A stretch of DNA of 36,724 bases, the filler included, from an uncultured virus (IMG/VR IMGVR_UViG_2061766007_000472) (Duplodnaviria > Heunggongvirae > Uroviricota > Caudoviricetes). It is 2 parts of one record of this genome, joined end to end, with 100 filler letters (N's around TTAATTAATTAA, not from the genome) between each part and the next. Parts side by side here need not be neighbours in the genome. Positions count along the whole stretch, not along the records: positions 31,719 to 36,724 come from IMGVR_UViG_2061766007_000472; 1 more part is not named here. One strand, written 5' to 3'. A program made the position numbers and the translations under genes. Under the pieces are notes generated by a model. It was given only the letters and a program-made list of their open reading frames with translations. It was not told the origin of the DNA and made no database searches. The stretch's first letter is position 1. Each line of letters opens with the position of its first letter. Below are positions 34,777 to 36,724 of this stretch, one piece after another.

Positions 34777-36724
34777 TCAGGTTCCCAACTCGGACTCCAT
34801 AACCTCCTCGACATCTGTAGTCTGGTTCGTGGCTATGAAGTTAAGAACTATGAACTCTATCGTCTTTATTGGTCTTACCGCTATTGAAATGTGCAGCTCG
34901 TTGTTTTCTATCGTCTGTTCCGTATTGTTCCTCTCGTCGCATACGGTTATGTACTGGGAGNNNNNNNNNNNNNNNNNNNNNNNNNNNNNNNNNNCCTGTC
35001 TACGAGGTCTTTAATTCTTTCCCTGTTGTACTCGGTATTTCCCTAATAATTGAAATACTTGCAGAGATTCCTTACTACTTTTTCCATTCCAAGCATGAGA
35101 CGCCTGACGTTAACCCTGTCAAGAGCGGTTTTTTCCTTCTGGAAAGTCCTCTGACCCTCTAGGACTATTCCGTCAAGAGGATAACTTACCGCATAGTTCC
35201 ATGAATTGACGTATATCTAACCAGCTTCTTCGTTTGTTGGATTGAACGCCAAGTTCAAGGTGTCCTTTATCTTTCCCCTGTTCAGACCAGCAGGTGCGTC
35301 CCAATAGGAACCGTTGTTGTCAGTGTAGAGATATACTCCCAGCGCCTTTATCGACGGAGGAATCCACATGTACTCGCCAGTTGAATGGTCTACGGAGTAA
35401 AACCAGTTAAGGTATCCAGCCGAATACGAAGAGTTGAAAATTCCAGATATGAGTTTCATCTTGGGGAGAATGCTGTTTTTGACTGTATTGTCTGGTTTTG
35501 TTCTCCTGACGACTGGGTCGTTGTTTTCAAGGCAAAACGGCCTTGGTCCGTCCGCTATGAACATTGCGTCTTTTCTCGTATTCTTCACGAAATCATCGAA
35601 CCTGTCTATTACCTTCCTCCAGACGGTGCATTGGTTTCTCGAGTCTAGTTTGAAAAGGTATGCGGTTTCATCGTTGAAGTCGAACGTTCCAAATCTCTTG
35701 AACTCGTCCTTGACGTATTCGGACGTCTGTATACCAGTGTCCTTGTTCTTTTTGTAAAGTTGCGTGGAAGCTATGAACTGTGCTATGTTTGACACTCCTC
35801 CGTCGATTATGATGTCGAAATCCAGCGTATTCCTGTCTTCGCTCTTCTCGAAAATCTTCAGTAGGGGCGCATATATCGACTCGGACACGTGTATGAGCTT
35901 CCTTGTTTCCCTTTGATAGAACCCGAGAGAACATGCAGTCTGGTTGTTTATCTTGTAANNNNNNNNNNNNNNNNTGTTTCCGTCGTCAGATTCCTTTATG
36001 TCGGCATTTGAGAAAACAGTTATGTAATCTGAATTTGAATTGACTATGTCGTCTATGAAGATTCTCTCGCCAGTAGTTTCGTCTCTCGCTTTTCTGTCAA
36101 GTGAACCTACGAACGACTCGACTGGCTGGAAAGATATCTTATCTTCGTTTGCGGTATCCTTGAATACCTTAAAAACGACTATTCCTATCTGCTTGAGGTA
36201 TTTCCTGTCTAGCCTGTCGTTTATGAATTTTATTGTTGGAAAATACTCGGCGGCGACTTCCGATGTGGTGAAATCGTTTATTGTCACCCTTGAATTGTCC
36301 AGTTCGAACACTTCATTTCCAAGACAGTCCACAAGTCCAGGGAATTGTTTCGCTTCTTCACCAGATTTCTCACTTGATACTGTTCTATTGGTGTAATCAA
36401 AAGGCTAAAGGCATTCTTTATACGCAGTTCCGCCGTTTTCCCTATAAGAATTCCTGACCTTTTCTATCACATTGTAGTCTGGGAGAATGGCGTCGGTTTT
36501 TCTTATGACTTCCTAGTAAAACATTGCGTTCACTGGTGAGACTATGGCTGGCATTATACCGAGTATTTCATTTCCGANNNNNNNNNNNNNNNNNNNNNNN
36601 NNNNNNNNCCCTTGTCTTGTCGACTATGTAAATCTTGTTCAGAGGAACCCTTAGTTCTTTTATTATGAACTTGTCGTAGTTCTCAAACGACATTGTCTCT
36701 TCATTTGGTTGTTCGTCTGGTTGA
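34777..36724 (-). CDS. gp18: Tail sheath protein A (paralog; N-terminus lies beyond the right edge)
   Basis: WIPPS and WDAPAGLNRG, then after TAG 35217: IYVNSWNYAVSYPLDGIVLEGQRTFQKEKTALDRVNVRRLML...VCDERNNT...NELHISIAVRPIKTIEFIVLNF. Ends TGA at 34777. Confidence 0.9.

Noticed and set aside
884..36396. Plus-strand ORFs and alternative-frame minus-strand ORFs in the track
   Set aside because: They are shadows of the densely coding minus strand, with no recognisable motifs, and overlap well-supported genes.
1..36724. A decayed prophage with many pseudogenes
   Set aside because: The interrupting stops are TAG only, motifs continue intact across them, and they align to Gln in the paralog. Random decay would also give TAA, TGA and frameshifts outside gaps.
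8960..36724. Bacterial extracellular contractile injection system or tailocin locus
   Set aside because: T4-type gp6, gp26/51 and gp53 components, T4-like late promoter motifs, a very long tape measure and TAG recoding point to a phage. No Afp15-like ATPase was seen. Head genes are outside the window, so this is not formally excluded.
1..36724. Suppressor tRNA, other RNA genes, CRISPR arrays, introns or inteins
   Set aside because: Under code 15 the intergenic gaps are too short to hold them and I saw no such signatures. Any recoding machinery must lie elsewhere in the genome.

Overview
This window is a tail and baseplate morphogenesis cluster of a large T4-like (myovirus, probably jumbo) bacteriophage, transcribed entirely on the minus strand. 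The standard-code ORF track looks shattered because the phage appears to read TAG as glutamine (genetic code 15). Reading through TAG merges the fragments into about 22 tightly packed genes whose visible ends are all TAA or TGA. In transcription order (right to left) they are: tail sheath A (partial), tail sheath B, an orphan fragment, tail tube, two further tube-fold proteins, a gp26/gp51-family hub or tail chaperone with a probable -1 frameshift extension, one or two tape-measure-like proteins, gp48-like, gp53-like, a gp27-like hub, two paralogous unknown proteins (one with four repeats), a 43-aa gp67-like peptide, the gp5 spike, a hydrophobic ~650-aa protein, gp25, gp6, a ~2500-aa gp7-like protein, and a BspA-type leucine-rich-repeat protein (partial). 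A GTAAATA motif, similar to the T4 late promoter, precedes many genes. The many N gaps often do not preserve frame, and an artificial 100-bp contig spacer sits at 31619-31718, so gene boundaries at gaps are uncertain. All family assignments come from motif recognition by eye, not database searches.
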